Assembly: GCF_007644035.1 (NCBI RefSeq)
Contig: NZ_VMTV02000134.1
Span: 297,548-321,547 of the forward strand
DNA: 24,000 bases
Source of the DNA: Vogesella mureinivorans
GTDB taxonomy: Bacteria > Pseudomonadota > Gammaproteobacteria > Burkholderiales > Chromobacteriaceae
Direction: 5' to 3'
In this document: piece by piece, positions 8,733-18,376 of the stretch
How the letters are laid out: each line of letters opens with the position of its first letter
Numbering within the stretch: position 1 is the stretch's first letter
Made by a program: the position numbers and the translations under genes
Notes under the pieces: generated by a model
The model's database searches: none
Told to the model about the DNA's origin: nothing
What the model saw: only the letters and a program-made list of their open reading frames with translations

Positions 8733-10061
8733 ATGACCGATATCGCTACTGATTCGCCCCAGCTACTGACCGACGCCCCCGCCAACGCCGAAGAAGATCT
8801 GCTGGGCTTTGCGCCACACGCAAAAAGGTTGGCCGCATTAATCCAGAAACAGATTCCGGACAAAGCCAGTTTTGTCATCGGCATCGAAGGCGAATGGGGC
8901 GAGGGCAAGTCCAGCTTCATCAACTGCCTGAAAGCGGCGTTTCCTACTGACGATACGCGGCCAACCATCGTCGACTTCAACCCGTGGTGGTTTGAAGGCT
9001 CCGATCAATTGTTGCGTCATTTCTTTGATGAGCTATTGGGGCAGATCGACTGGACACGTGGTGACGGTCAGAAGCTGTTTGACAGCTTCAGCAAGCTGGC
9101 CGCCTTTGCTGGGCGAGTCGGCAAGCTGATGCAGACGGCAACCGAACCGATGCTACAAACGGCTGGCAAAGTCGCCGAAGGCGTGGGTCAGGCTTTCGGT
9201 GGTGGTAGCAAGCCGGAGTCATTCCGCAAGTTGCGAGAAGATGCTGCCGCCACGTTGTCGGCACTCAGTTTCAAAACCATTGTCTTCATCGACGATCTAG
9301 ACCGCCTGCCAGCGCGCGAGATTGTCGAGCTGTTCCGCGTCATCAAGGCGGTGGCCGATCTGCCCAATATCGTTTACGTCATCGCCTACGACCGCGCTAT
9401 CGTGGCATCTGCGCTTGATCAAGTGCATGAAGGCAGGGGGGAAGCGTATCTGGAAAAGATTATTCAGTACTCTTATTCATTGCCTCGTCCGCATGCTAAG
9501 CAGAAGCTTGCTTATAACAAGAAAGTTATTGCCCAATATCTAACTGATTTGCCTGGTGGTATTGACTATCATGGTGTGTCAAGAATTGTGGAAGCATTTT
9601 TGCCAGTGCCCAGAAGTGTCAAGCGCCTATCCGCAGCACTACTTGATTATCGCTTGGGTGTGCAGGATGGTATGGAGATGGATGCGCTTGATTATCTTTT
9701 TCTGGAAGCGGTACGTCATTTTGACATGGGTGTTTATAATGAACTAGCGCGTGCAATATTTTTCTCGCATGAGTACTGCCAATTAAACCCTGCACATTCG
9801 CTATCTGGAGAAGAAACGCCTTCTACACGTCTGGCGTGGGTAAGAGAAAGGTTTGAATATACCCTCAAAAAACACGCTCACCATCCAGAGGTGTTGGATG
9901 CTATACATTTCTTTACGGGCTTTGTCTTTTCAGAAAAACAGGAAAATGCTAGGGCGCATGGCTACCGTACCATGGGTAGCAAATTGCTGACCTATATTGT
10001 ATCGAAGAGGAGGAACCCTGCAGGCAGAAAGGGCTGGGTCATTACATCAGGGCATACCTAG
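8733..10061 (+). CDS. KAP-family P-loop NTPase, N-terminal and core part
   Basis: 442 aa; Walker A GIEGEWGEGKSSFINCLK, IVDFNPWWFEG, Walker B TIVFIDDLDRLPAREIVELFRVIKAV, YVIAYDRAIVASALDQ, all typical of KAP NTPases. The frame stops at 10061, soon after the neighbouring -1 frame becomes open. Confidence 0.85.
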   Translation: MTDIATDSPQLLTDAPANAEEDLLGFAPHAKRLAALIQKQIPDKASFVIGIEGEWGEGKSSFINCLKAAFPTDDTRPTIVDFNPWWFEGSDQLLRHFFDELLGQIDWTRGDGQKLFDSFSKLAAFAGRVGKLMQTATEPMLQTAGKVAEGVGQAFGGGSKPESFRKLREDAAATLSALSFKTIVFIDDLDRLPAREIVELFRVIKAVADLPNIVYVIAYDRAIVASALDQVHEGRGEAYLEKIIQYSYSLPRPHAKQKLAYNKKVIAQYLTDLPGGIDYHGVSRIVEAFLPVPRSVKRLSAALLDYRLGVQDGMEMDALDYLFLEAVRHFDMGVYNELARAIFFSHEYCQLNPAHSLSGEETPSTRLAWVRERFEYTLKKHAHHPEVLDAIHFFTGFVFSEKQENARAHGYRTMGSKLLTYIVSKRRNPAGRKGWVITSGHT

Positions 10062-10831
10062 CCAGAAGTCGTGATGAGGGAGAGGTGTCCAGGCAGGAGC
10101 TTGAAGCATTCGCCAAGATAAAAAATGTCGATGAATTGGAGTCTTATCTGCAGAGTATCGAGCTGCCGAGAGTCCAAAATCTGATGGAAGATCTATCCAA
10201 TGGATGGAGTGTAGTTTTTCAGCATGCTTCGAGTAAAGATTTCATCTTGGCGTGGAGTTATGCGTTTCAAAAACATCTTTCTGATGGTGAGAAGTACTTT
10301 TATGGGATTGAACTTAGTAATGTACTAAGGGTTTTTACTGAGATAGTTGCAAAAGATTATCGCTATCCATTGGGGTGGTCATCGGGTCCGGTAGATGCTG
10401 TGGAAAAATGGTTAGAATGTGGTAATTTGGATGATCTGGTATATAGATTAGTTCTTGATGATTTTATACCGCCTGATTTTTACCATGAAAAGAGATTTGT
10501 AATTTCTAAGATTGGTGAAGAGTCCGATTTGTCAAGGATGTTGGCTGGTGGCTATTTTCTACATGCTTGTAATGCAATAAATAGTACTTCAGAGGGAAGT
10601 ATAAAGGAGTGGTTAATTAATCTGGATGTGAAAGATAAAATCAATGATTGTCAGTTGTGGGAGTTGATAGAATTTATAGTTTCAGATTTTGTCACTAAAG
10701 GATATGCTGATCATTTAATTGATAATAAAAATATTCAGAAAATTTTGAAAACAGAAAAAAGGCTACTGGATGCAGCCAAACGTGACCCAGTTCTGCAGCT
10801 GGGGATCAACCGCCTGACCGGCGTGGTCTAA
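9980..10831 (+). CDS. Probable C-terminal continuation of the KAP-family NTPase in the -1 frame (or a separate protein starting at GTG 10085)
   Basis: The frame is open from 9980 (after TAG 9977-9979) to TAA 10829-10831. Sequence upstream of GTG 10085 reads plausibly as protein (…[44 protein letters not shown]…). The given track reports only 10085-10831. Confidence 0.6.
   Translation, partial: QIADLYCIEEEEPCRQKGLGHYIRAYLARSRDEGEVSRQELEAFAKIKNVDELESYLQSIELPRVQNLMEDLSNGWSVVFQHASSKDFILAWSYAFQKHLSDGEKYFYGIELSNVLRVFTEIVAKDYRYPLGWSSGPVDAVEKWLECGNLDDLVYRLVLDDFIPPDFYHEKRFVISKIGEESDLSRMLAGGYFLHACNAINSTSEGSIKEWLINLDVKDKINDCQLWELIEFIVSDFVTKGYADHLIDNKNIQKILKTEKRLLDAAKRDPVLQLGINRLTGVV
10028..10034 (+). 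other. Candidate -1 slippery heptamer A_AAG_GGC
   Basis: In the zero frame of the 8733 ORF the bases read A AAG GGC, fitting X_XXY_YYZ. AGGAGG lies at 10008-10013, 14 nt upstream. A -1 slip would join the KAP ORF to the downstream ORF, giving a predicted product of 699 aa. Confidence 0.3.
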
Positions 10832-10839
10832 GCCACAAC

Positions 10840-10861
10840 TTGGCCGCCCCGTTGCGGCCAA
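10840..10861 (+). other. Hairpin after the KAP locus, before proS
   Basis: Perfect 8-bp inverted repeat TTGGCCGC (10840-10847) / GCGGCCAA (10854-10861) with a CCCGTT loop. No T-tract, so a canonical terminator is uncertain. Confidence 0.45.
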
Positions 10862-10929
10862 CCTTCCCCCCGCCCGCTGCTACCCGCTACAATCAACCCC
10901 ATTTCGCAGAATTTCCAAGGAACCCGCTC

Positions 10930-12636
10930 ATGCGTGCCTCGCAGTTTTTCATCTCTACCCAGAAAGAAGCCCCCGCCGATGCGGATATCGTTAGCCAGAA
11001 GCTGATGCTGCGCGCCGGTTTTATCCGCAAGGTTGCCGCCGGTGTGTACAACTGGATGCCGATGGGCCTGCGCAGCCTGAAAAAGGTAGAAAACATCGTG
11101 CGCGAAGAGATGAACCGCGCGGGTGCCATCGAGCTGGTGATGCCTATCGTGCAGCCGGCCGGCCTGTGGCAGGAAACCGGCCGTTTCGACGGCATGGGCG
11201 CCGAGCTGCTGCGCTTTAAAGACCGCCACGACCGTGACTTCGTGATTCAGCCGACGTCCGAAGAAGTGATTACCGACATCGCCCGCGCCGAGCTGCGCAG
11301 CTACCGCGCGCTGCCGAAAAACTTCTACCAGATCCAGACCAAGTTCCGCGACGAGCGCCGCCCGCGCTTTGGCGTGATGCGTGGCCGCGAGTTCACCATG
11401 AAAGATGCGTACTCGTTTGACCGCACTGCCGACGACGCCGGCAAGAGCTACGACAATATGTTTGCCGCCTACTGCCGCATTTTCGACCGCCTGGGCCTGA
11501 CCTACCGCGCCGTGGCAGCCGATACCGGCGCCATTGGTGGCGACCGTTCGCACGAGTTCCAGGTGATTGCCGAAACCGGCGAAGACGCCATCGTGTACTG
11601 CCCGGACAGCGACTACGCGGCCAACATCGAGCTGGCCGAAGCGCTGGCCCCGGCGGGTGAGCGCGCTGCTGCTGCCGCCGAGCTGGCCAAGGTACACACG
11701 CCAGGCGTGAAAACCATTGCCGACCTGGTGAGCTTCCTGAACGTGGACATCACCCGCACCGTGAAAGCGGTAGTGGTGGAAGGCGAAGAGGGCGAGGCGG
11801 TACTGATGCTGGTACGCGGCGACCACGAGCTGAACGAAGTGAAGGCCGAAAAAGTAGCCGGCATCAAAAAGCCGCTGACCATGGCCAGCCCGGCGCTGAT
11901 CAAGGACGCGTTTGGCGCCAACCCTGGCTCGCTGGGCCCGGTAGGCTTCAAAGGCCGCGTGGTAGCCGACCGCACCGTGGCGCTGATGGCTGATTTTGTG
12001 ATTGGTGCCAACGAAGACCACTACCACTACACCGGTGCCAACTTCGTGCGCGATTGCGCCGAGCCGGAAGTGGCCGACATCCGCAATGTGGTGGTGGGCG
12101 ACCCGTCGCCGTGCGGCAAGGGCGCGCTGGCGATTCAGCGTGGTATCGAGGTGGGCCACGTGTTCTACCTGGGCACCAAGTATTCCCAGGCCATGAACGC
12201 CACCTTCCTGGACGAAGACGGTAAGCCGAAGCACTTTGAAATGGGCTGCTACGGTATCGGCGTGAGCCGCATCCTGGGCGCGGCCATCGAGCAGAACTTC
12301 GACGACAAGGGCATGATCTGGCCAGACGCCATCGCGCCGTTTGCCGTGGTGATCTGCCCGGTAGGCTACGACCGCTCCGAAGGCGTGAAAGCGGCCGCCG
12401 ACGCGCTGTACGCCGGCCTGCAGGCACAGGGCGTGGATGTGATCATCGACGACCGTGGCGAGCGCCCGGGCGCGATGTTTGCCGACTGGGAGCTGATCGG
12501 TGCACCGCACCGCGTGACCATTGGCGACCGCGGCCTGAAAGAAGGCAAGGTGGAGTACCAGCACCGCCGCGATAGCGAATCGACAGCGGTAGCGCCGGAC
12601 GCCATCCTGGCACACGTACTGGCCAAGCTGGCCTGA
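10930..12636 (+). CDS. proS: Proline--tRNA ligase
   Basis: 568 aa from [54 protein letters not shown]; class II motifs including [14 protein letters not shown] and [25 protein letters not shown], and editing-domain-like insertion. Start reassigned from 10840. Confidence 0.97.
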   Translation: MRASQFFISTQKEAPADADIVSQKLMLRAGFIRKVAAGVYNWMPMGLRSLKKVENIVREEMNRAGAIELVMPIVQPAGLWQETGRFDGMGAELLRFKDRHDRDFVIQPTSEEVITDIARAELRSYRALPKNFYQIQTKFRDERRPRFGVMRGREFTMKDAYSFDRTADDAGKSYDNMFAAYCRIFDRLGLTYRAVAADTGAIGGDRSHEFQVIAETGEDAIVYCPDSDYAANIELAEALAPAGERAAAAAELAKVHTPGVKTIADLVSFLNVDITRTVKAVVVEGEEGEAVLMLVRGDHELNEVKAEKVAGIKKPLTMASPALIKDAFGANPGSLGPVGFKGRVVADRTVALMADFVIGANEDHYHYTGANFVRDCAEPEVADIRNVVVGDPSPCGKGALAIQRGIEVGHVFYLGTKYSQAMNATFLDEDGKPKHFEMGCYGIGVSRILGAAIEQNFDDKGMIWPDAIAPFAVVICPVGYDRSEGVKAAADALYAGLQAQGVDVIIDDRGERPGAMFADWELIGAPHRVTIGDRGLKEGKVEYQHRRDSESTAVAPDAILAHVLAKLA

Positions 12637-12644
12637 TTGCGGCC

Positions 12645-13283
12645 ATGACCCCGCTGCGCTTTGCCCTGCCCCTGTTGCTGGCTGCCCTGGTGGCGGCCCC
12701 GGCGTGGGCGGGTGCGCAGCGCGAGGAGGCGCTGGCGGCCAACGTGGCCAGCGCCATGTCGCGCAGCATTGCCGATGTGAACGCGCCAAGGCTGGTGTTT
12801 GAAGACCCGCGTGAGGGCCCGCTGTGGCTGGCCGAGATGTCGCGCCGGCTGGAAAAGCGTATTCCCGACCCATGGACGCGCGAGCGCCTGCTGACGGCGA
12901 TTCACTACGAAGCCACCCGCGCCGGGCTCGACCCGCAAATGGTGCTGGGGCTGATCCAGGTGGAAAGCGGCTTCAAGAAGTACGCCATTTCGCCGGTGGG
13001 CGCGCGCGGGCTGATGCAGGTAATGCCGTTCTGGGTGCGCAGTATCGGGGCCAGCGGGCATAACCTGTTCGACCTCACCACCAACCTGCGCTACGGCTGC
13101 ACCATTTTGCGGCATTACCTGGATATCGAGCGCGGTAATCTGTTTCGTGCGCTGGGCCGCTACAACGGCAGCCTGGGCCGCGCCGAGTACCCGAACCTGG
13201 TGGTGGGCGCGTGGAAGGCACACTGGCAGTGGCAGCAGCCCGCCGGCCAGCTGCGGACGGGCTACCAGCCGGCTAGCCGCTAG
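12645..13283 (+). CDS. Lytic transglycosylase, SLT domain
   Basis: 212 aa with signal peptide (MTPLRFALPLLLAALVAAPAWA) and SLT motifs MVLGLIQVESGFKKYAISPVGARGLMQVMPFW, NLRYGCTILRHYLD, ALGRYNGSLG. Starts 8 bp after proS. Confidence 0.88.
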   Translation: MTPLRFALPLLLAALVAAPAWAGAQREEALAANVASAMSRSIADVNAPRLVFEDPREGPLWLAEMSRRLEKRIPDPWTRERLLTAIHYEATRAGLDPQMVLGLIQVESGFKKYAISPVGARGLMQVMPFWVRSIGASGHNLFDLTTNLRYGCTILRHYLDIERGNLFRALGRYNGSLGRAEYPNLVVGAWKAHWQWQQPAGQLRTGYQPASR

Positions 13284-13306
13284 TTGGCCGCAACGTTTGC
13301 GTGCAA

Positions 13307-13334
13307 TAAAAAACCGCCTTCGGGCGGTTTTTTT
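13307..13334. terminator. Bidirectional rho-independent terminator
   Basis: AAAAAACCGCC-TTCG-GGCGGTTTTTTT, between convergent genes. Confidence 0.9.
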
Positions 13335-13349
13335 ATTGCCGTGGCAGGC

Positions 13350-13865
13350 TCAGGCGCGTTCGCCCTTGGCGAGCAGGAAAATGCGCGTACCGGCCAGGCG
13401 GTCGTGCAGGAATTGTTTGTCGTTATCCATGAACACCCACAGCAGCGGCAGCAGCCACCACGCCAGCGCTGCCCACAGCGCCAGCTTGGGCGAGCCCAGC
13501 GAGGGTAGCCAGGTGATGTACGACAGCACCGGCACGCCGACAAACAGCACCAGCGCTACAGCAAAGCGTATACCGGCTTGCTGCCACGATAGCGGGCGGC
13601 CATCGGGCATGGCCACTTTCAGCCGCCACGGCTTCATGGCCAGCGTTTGCCCGCCTTTTACCCAGCAATAGCCAAAGTAGCCAAAGAACACGCCCGCCAC
13701 AAACAGGCGGTACAGCCATTCCAGCAGCGGGGCATGGTTGCCCAGGGCCAGAATCGGCGTGAAGGCGGCCGCAGCTAGCAGCCACAGGGTGCCAATAAGC
13801 AGGGATTCGTACATCAGGCTGGCCAGGCGGCGCGTCAGGCCGGGAAAGTCTGCAGAGCGGGTCAT
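13350..13865 (-). CDS. RDD-family membrane protein
   Basis: 171 aa from MTRSADFPGLTRRLASLMYESLLIGTLWLL; RDD-domain layout with WMPFDGRPLSWQQ-like region (WRLKVAMPDGRPLSWQQAGIRF) and C-terminal FLHDRLAGTRIF. Confidence 0.8.
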   Translation of the reverse strand: MTRSADFPGLTRRLASLMYESLLIGTLWLLAAAAFTPILALGNHAPLLEWLYRLFVAGVFFGYFGYCWVKGGQTLAMKPWRLKVAMPDGRPLSWQQAGIRFAVALVLFVGVPVLSYITWLPSLGSPKLALWAALAWWLLPLLWVFMDNDKQFLHDRLAGTRIFLLAKGERA

Positions 13866-14001
13866 GATGATAGGGAGTGGCAGGGGGGAAAGCCTTGCGG
13901 CCAACTCAGCATCTTACCAAAGCCCCCGTGTGCCGCCTACCCCCATAAAAGTGGCTGTTTTTGCTGGTGTTTGCCCTTTTTTTGCACCTGCACAAAAGCG
14001 C

Positions 14002-14030
14002 TTGACCGACTTTGGTGCTTCGGCTAAGTT
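14002..14030 (+). promoter_or_regulatory. Weak candidate sigma70 promoter for the ilv genes
   Basis: TTGACC (14002-14007), 17-bp spacer, TAAGTT (14025-14030), 50 bp upstream of the ilvI start. The -10 match is poor (3/6). Confidence 0.3.
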
Positions 14031-14079
14031 CGTTCATCACGGGACAAAAAATTAATACCTGAATTAAGAAGAGGCAAAG

Positions 14080-15846
14080 ATGCAGATATCGGGCGCGGAG
14101 ATCCTGGTTCGCAGCTTGCAGGAAGAAGGAGTCGAATTCGTTTTCGGCTACCCCGGCGGCGCGGTCCTTGAGATATATGATGCTATTTTCCGGCAGCAGC
14201 AGTTCAAACACGTACTGGTGCGCCACGAACAGGCGGCTGTGCACGCGGCCGACGCGTACTCGCGTTCCAGCAACAAGGTAGGTGTCGCCCTGGTGACATC
14301 CGGCCCTGGCGCGACCAATGCCGTAACCGGCATTGCCACGGCGTACATGGATTCCATCCCCATGGTGGTGATTTCGGGCCAGGTGTCCACACCGGCCATC
14401 GGCATGGATGCTTTCCAGGAAGTGGACATGGTGGGCATTACCCGCCCGTGCGTGAAGCACAACTTCCTGGTGAAAGACATTAACGAGCTGGCTGCCACCA
14501 TCAAGAAGGCGTTCTACATTGCCGCCTCCGGCCGCCCCGGCCCGGTGGTAGTAGACATCCCGAAAGACGTGACCCAGCGCCTGGCCGAGTTCCACTACCC
14601 GGAAAGCGTGAGCATCCGCTCCTACGTGCCGGTAACGCGTGGCCACCCTGGCCAGATCAAAAAGGCCGTGAACCTGCTGGCCGAAGCCAAGCGCCCGTAC
14701 ATTTACGTGGGCGGCGGTGCGGTGCAGGGCAATGCCTCGGCCGAAGTCACCGAGCTGGTGAAAATGCTGGGTGTGCCATGTACCAACACCCTGATGGGCC
14801 TGGGCGCCTATCCGGGACAGGATCAGCAGTTCCTGGGCATGCTGGGCATGCACGGCACCTACGAAGCCAATATGGCCATGCAGTACTGTGATGTGCTGAT
14901 TGCCGTGGGCGCGCGTTTTGACGACCGCGTGATCAGCGTGCCGTCGCACTTCCTGTCGCAGCCGAAAAAGATTGTGCACATCGACGTAGACCCGTCCTCC
15001 ATCGCCAAACGCGTGAAGGTAGACGTGCCTATCGTGGGCGATGTGAAACACGTGCTGCGCGACATGATCGACCTGCTCAAGCAAACCGGCCAGCAAGTGC
15101 CACCGCAAAACCTGGCCAACTGGTGGAAGCAGATCGAAGAATGGCGCAGCTACAACAGCCTGCTGTACACCCCGTCTAACGAGTTCATCAAGCCGCAGTA
15201 CGTGGTGCAGAAGCTGTACGAAATTACCGGCGGCGATGCCATCATCACCTCCGACGTGGGCCAGCACCAGATGTGGGCCGCGCAGTACTACCCGTTCAAG
15301 CGCCCGAAACAGTGGCTGAACTCCGGTGGCCTGGGCACCATGGGCTTTGGCTTGCCCGCCGCCATTGGCGCGCAGCTGGCCAACCCGGATGCACAAGTAG
15401 CGTGCATTACCGGTGAAGGCTCCATCCAGATGAATATCCAGGAGCTGTCCACCGCCAAGCAGTACCACACCCCGGTGAAGGTGATTGCGCTGAACAACCG
15501 CTACCTGGGCATGGTGCGCCAGTGGCAGGAGTTCTTCTACGGCACCCGCTATTCCGAGTCTTACATGGATGCGCTGCCGGACTTCGTGAAGATTGCCGAA
15601 GCCTACGGCCACGTGGGTATCAAGGTGGAAAACCCGGCTGACGTAGAGCCGGTGCTGCGCGAAGCGTTCAGCCCGGCGCTGAAAGAGCGCCTGGTATTCC
15701 TGGATTTCCGTACCGACCAGTCCGAAAACGTGTTCCCGATGATCCAGAACGGCAAAGGTCTGGACCAGATGGATCTGCCGCCGCACATGCGCGACCTGCA
15801 GATTGCCCCGTTCGAGAACAACCGTGACTACGGCAACATGTGTTAA
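14080..15846 (+). CDS. ilvI: Acetolactate synthase large subunit (biosynthetic, TPP-dependent)
   Basis: 588 aa; VEFVFGYPGGAVLEIYDAIF, VRHEQAAVHAADAYSR, VALVTSGPGATNAVTGIATAYMDSIPMVVISGQV, and TPP motif GEGSIQMNIQELSTAKQY…NN. Followed by ilvH. Confidence 0.95.
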   Translation: MQISGAEILVRSLQEEGVEFVFGYPGGAVLEIYDAIFRQQQFKHVLVRHEQAAVHAADAYSRSSNKVGVALVTSGPGATNAVTGIATAYMDSIPMVVISGQVSTPAIGMDAFQEVDMVGITRPCVKHNFLVKDINELAATIKKAFYIAASGRPGPVVVDIPKDVTQRLAEFHYPESVSIRSYVPVTRGHPGQIKKAVNLLAEAKRPYIYVGGGAVQGNASAEVTELVKMLGVPCTNTLMGLGAYPGQDQQFLGMLGMHGTYEANMAMQYCDVLIAVGARFDDRVISVPSHFLSQPKKIVHIDVDPSSIAKRVKVDVPIVGDVKHVLRDMIDLLKQTGQQVPPQNLANWWKQIEEWRSYNSLLYTPSNEFIKPQYVVQKLYEITGGDAIITSDVGQHQMWAAQYYPFKRPKQWLNSGGLGTMGFGLPAAIGAQLANPDAQVACITGEGSIQMNIQELSTAKQYHTPVKVIALNNRYLGMVRQWQEFFYGTRYSESYMDALPDFVKIAEAYGHVGIKVENPADVEPVLREAFSPALKERLVFLDFRTDQSENVFPMIQNGKGLDQMDLPPHMRDLQIAPFENNRDYGNMC

Positions 15847-15857
15847 GGCCTAGCAGC

Positions 15858-16349
15858 ATGCGACATATTCTTTCTATTTTGCTGGAAAACGAAGCGGGCG
15901 CCCTGTCACGAGTAGTGGGACTTTTTTCCGCGCGCGCATACAATATCGATTCGCTGACCGTGTCGACTACCGAAGACCCGACACTGTCGCGCATGACTAT
16001 CGTGACCCACGGGTCCGACGAAGTCATCGAGCAGATCACCAAGCAGCTCAACAAGCTGATCGAGGTGGTCAAGGTGATTGACCTCAACGAGTCCGACCAT
16101 ATCGAACGCGAGATGATGCTGATCAAGGTCCGTGCCAATGGCAAGGACCGTGAAGAAATGAAGCGCATGGCTGATATCTTCCGCGGCCGCATCATCGACG
16201 TGACGGAAAAGACCTACACCATCGAGCTCACTGGTACCAGCGACAAGCTCAACGCCTTTATCGAGGCGATCGACCGTTCAGTGATCCTGGAAACGGTGCG
16301 TACCGGTGCATCCGGAATTGGTCGCGGCGAACGTATTCTGAAGATCTGA
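15858..16349 (+). CDS. ilvH: Acetolactate synthase small (regulatory) subunit
   Basis: 163 aa from MRHILSILLENEAGALSRVVGLFSARAYNIDSLTVS (ACT domain). Confidence 0.95.
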   Translation: MRHILSILLENEAGALSRVVGLFSARAYNIDSLTVSTTEDPTLSRMTIVTHGSDEVIEQITKQLNKLIEVVKVIDLNESDHIEREMMLIKVRANGKDREEMKRMADIFRGRIIDVTEKTYTIELTGTSDKLNAFIEAIDRSVILETVRTGASGIGRGERILKI

Positions 16350-16388
16350 TATCACCAGGGCGGCTACCCGCTGCCCGAGAACAACTAG

Positions 16389-17414
<1,026 letters not shown>

Positions 17415-17436
17415 GCCTTGCGGCATTGTTCTGACA

Positions 17437-17461
17437 AACCGGGCCCTGTGCCCGGTTTTTT
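17437..17461 (+). terminator. Rho-independent terminator after ilvC
   Basis: AACCGGGC (17437-17444) / GCCCGGTT (17450-17457) followed by a T-run. Confidence 0.85.
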
Positions 17462-17564
17462 CATGCGTGGCCGCCGTGGCTTGGGGCTGGCCGCTAAAGC
17501 GCCGTACAATGTCTGATTCTTGGCCTGTGCGGCCAACCTACTGTTTATTTGTGACGGGAAGCCC

Positions 17565-18323
17565 ATGCATCACGATCCTGTACCTGCCAAACCCTCGCTG
17601 CGCCGCCAGGGCATTTACCTGCTACCCAACTCGTTTACCCTGGCCGCGCTGTTTGCCGGCTTTTACGCCATCGTGCAGGCGATGAACCAGCGTTTCGAGC
17701 TGGCGGCCGTGGCCATTTTCATTGCCATGATTCTGGACGGCATGGATGGCCGCGTGGCGCGCATGACGCACAGCCAGAGTGCCTTCGGGGCCGAGTTCGA
17801 TAGCCTGTCGGATATGGTGAGTTTTGGCGTGGCACCGGCGCTGGTGGCCTACGAGTGGCTGCTGAAAGACCTGGGCAAGCTGGGCTGGATGGTGGCTTTT
17901 ATCTACTGTGCCGGTGCGGCGCTGCGCCTGGCGCGTTTCAATACCATGGTCGGCACGGCGGATAAGCGCTGGTTTACCGGCCTGCCCAGCCCGGCGGCGG
18001 CGGCGCTGGTGGCGGGGCTGGTGTGGATTTGCCACGCCTACGGTTACCAGCAGCTGCCCGGCCTGCACTGGCTGGCGCTGGCCTTTACTGCCTTTGCCGG
18101 TATCACCATGGTGACCAATGTGAAGTACTGGAGCTTCAAGGAAATCCACCTGCGCCGCCGCGTGCCTTTCGTGATGCTGCTGGGCTTGGTGGTGGTGTTG
18201 CTGCTGCTGATGTCGGAGCCGCCACTGGTGCTGTTCGGCTTCTTTGTCTGCTACGCGCTGTCGGGTTACGTCATGGCATTGCTGGGCCTGGTGCGCAAAT
18301 CGCCACCGCCGGCAGCCAGCTAA
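17565..18323 (+). CDS. pssA: CDP-diacylglycerol--serine O-phosphatidyltransferase
   Basis: 252 aa from MHHDPVPAKPSLRRQGIYLLPNSFTLAALFAGFYAIV; CDP-alcohol phosphatidyltransferase signature DGMDGRVARMTHSQSAFGAEFDSLSD. Start reassigned from 17520. Confidence 0.93.
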   Translation: MHHDPVPAKPSLRRQGIYLLPNSFTLAALFAGFYAIVQAMNQRFELAAVAIFIAMILDGMDGRVARMTHSQSAFGAEFDSLSDMVSFGVAPALVAYEWLLKDLGKLGWMVAFIYCAGAALRLARFNTMVGTADKRWFTGLPSPAAAALVAGLVWICHAYGYQQLPGLHWLALAFTAFAGITMVTNVKYWSFKEIHLRRRVPFVMLLGLVVVLLLLMSEPPLVLFGFFVCYALSGYVMALLGLVRKSPPPAAS

Positions 18324-18343
18324 GCCGCTTGGCCTCAGTACAC

Positions 18344-18366
18344 AAACCGCCTTCGGGCGGTTTTTT
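18344..18366. terminator. Rho-independent terminator with a UUCG tetraloop
   Basis: AAACCGCC-TTCG-GGCGGTTTTTT; same core as the terminator at 13307-13334. It sits between pssA and the convergent AraC-family gene. Confidence 0.9.
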
Positions 18367-18376
18367 CATGGTGTGG

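Noticed and set aside
10008-10013. AGGAGG as a normal Shine-Dalgarno site for the downstream ORF
   Set aside because: There is no ATG/GTG/TTG at proper distance in the downstream frame; the first usual start in that frame is GTG 10085, over 70 nt away. It was therefore considered only as a frameshift stimulator or coincidence.
8733-10831. Complete multi-gene defence system (e.g. a Qat-like operon) around the KAP NTPase
   Set aside because: No QueC-like, TatD-like or other partner genes are adjacent; neighbours are a sugar transporter cluster and proS.
10828-12873. 681-aa minus-strand ORF opposite proS
   Set aside because: Long antisense frame arising from GC-rich codon use; the plus strand encodes a complete prolyl-tRNA synthetase.
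13905-14079. Leader peptide/attenuator upstream of ilvI
   Set aside because: No short ORF enriched in Ile/Val/Leu codons followed by alternative hairpins and a T-run could be identified.
13906-15786. 626-aa minus-strand ORF opposite ilvI
   Set aside because: His/Val/Gly-rich antisense shadow with no domain; the sense strand is a well-conserved acetolactate synthase.
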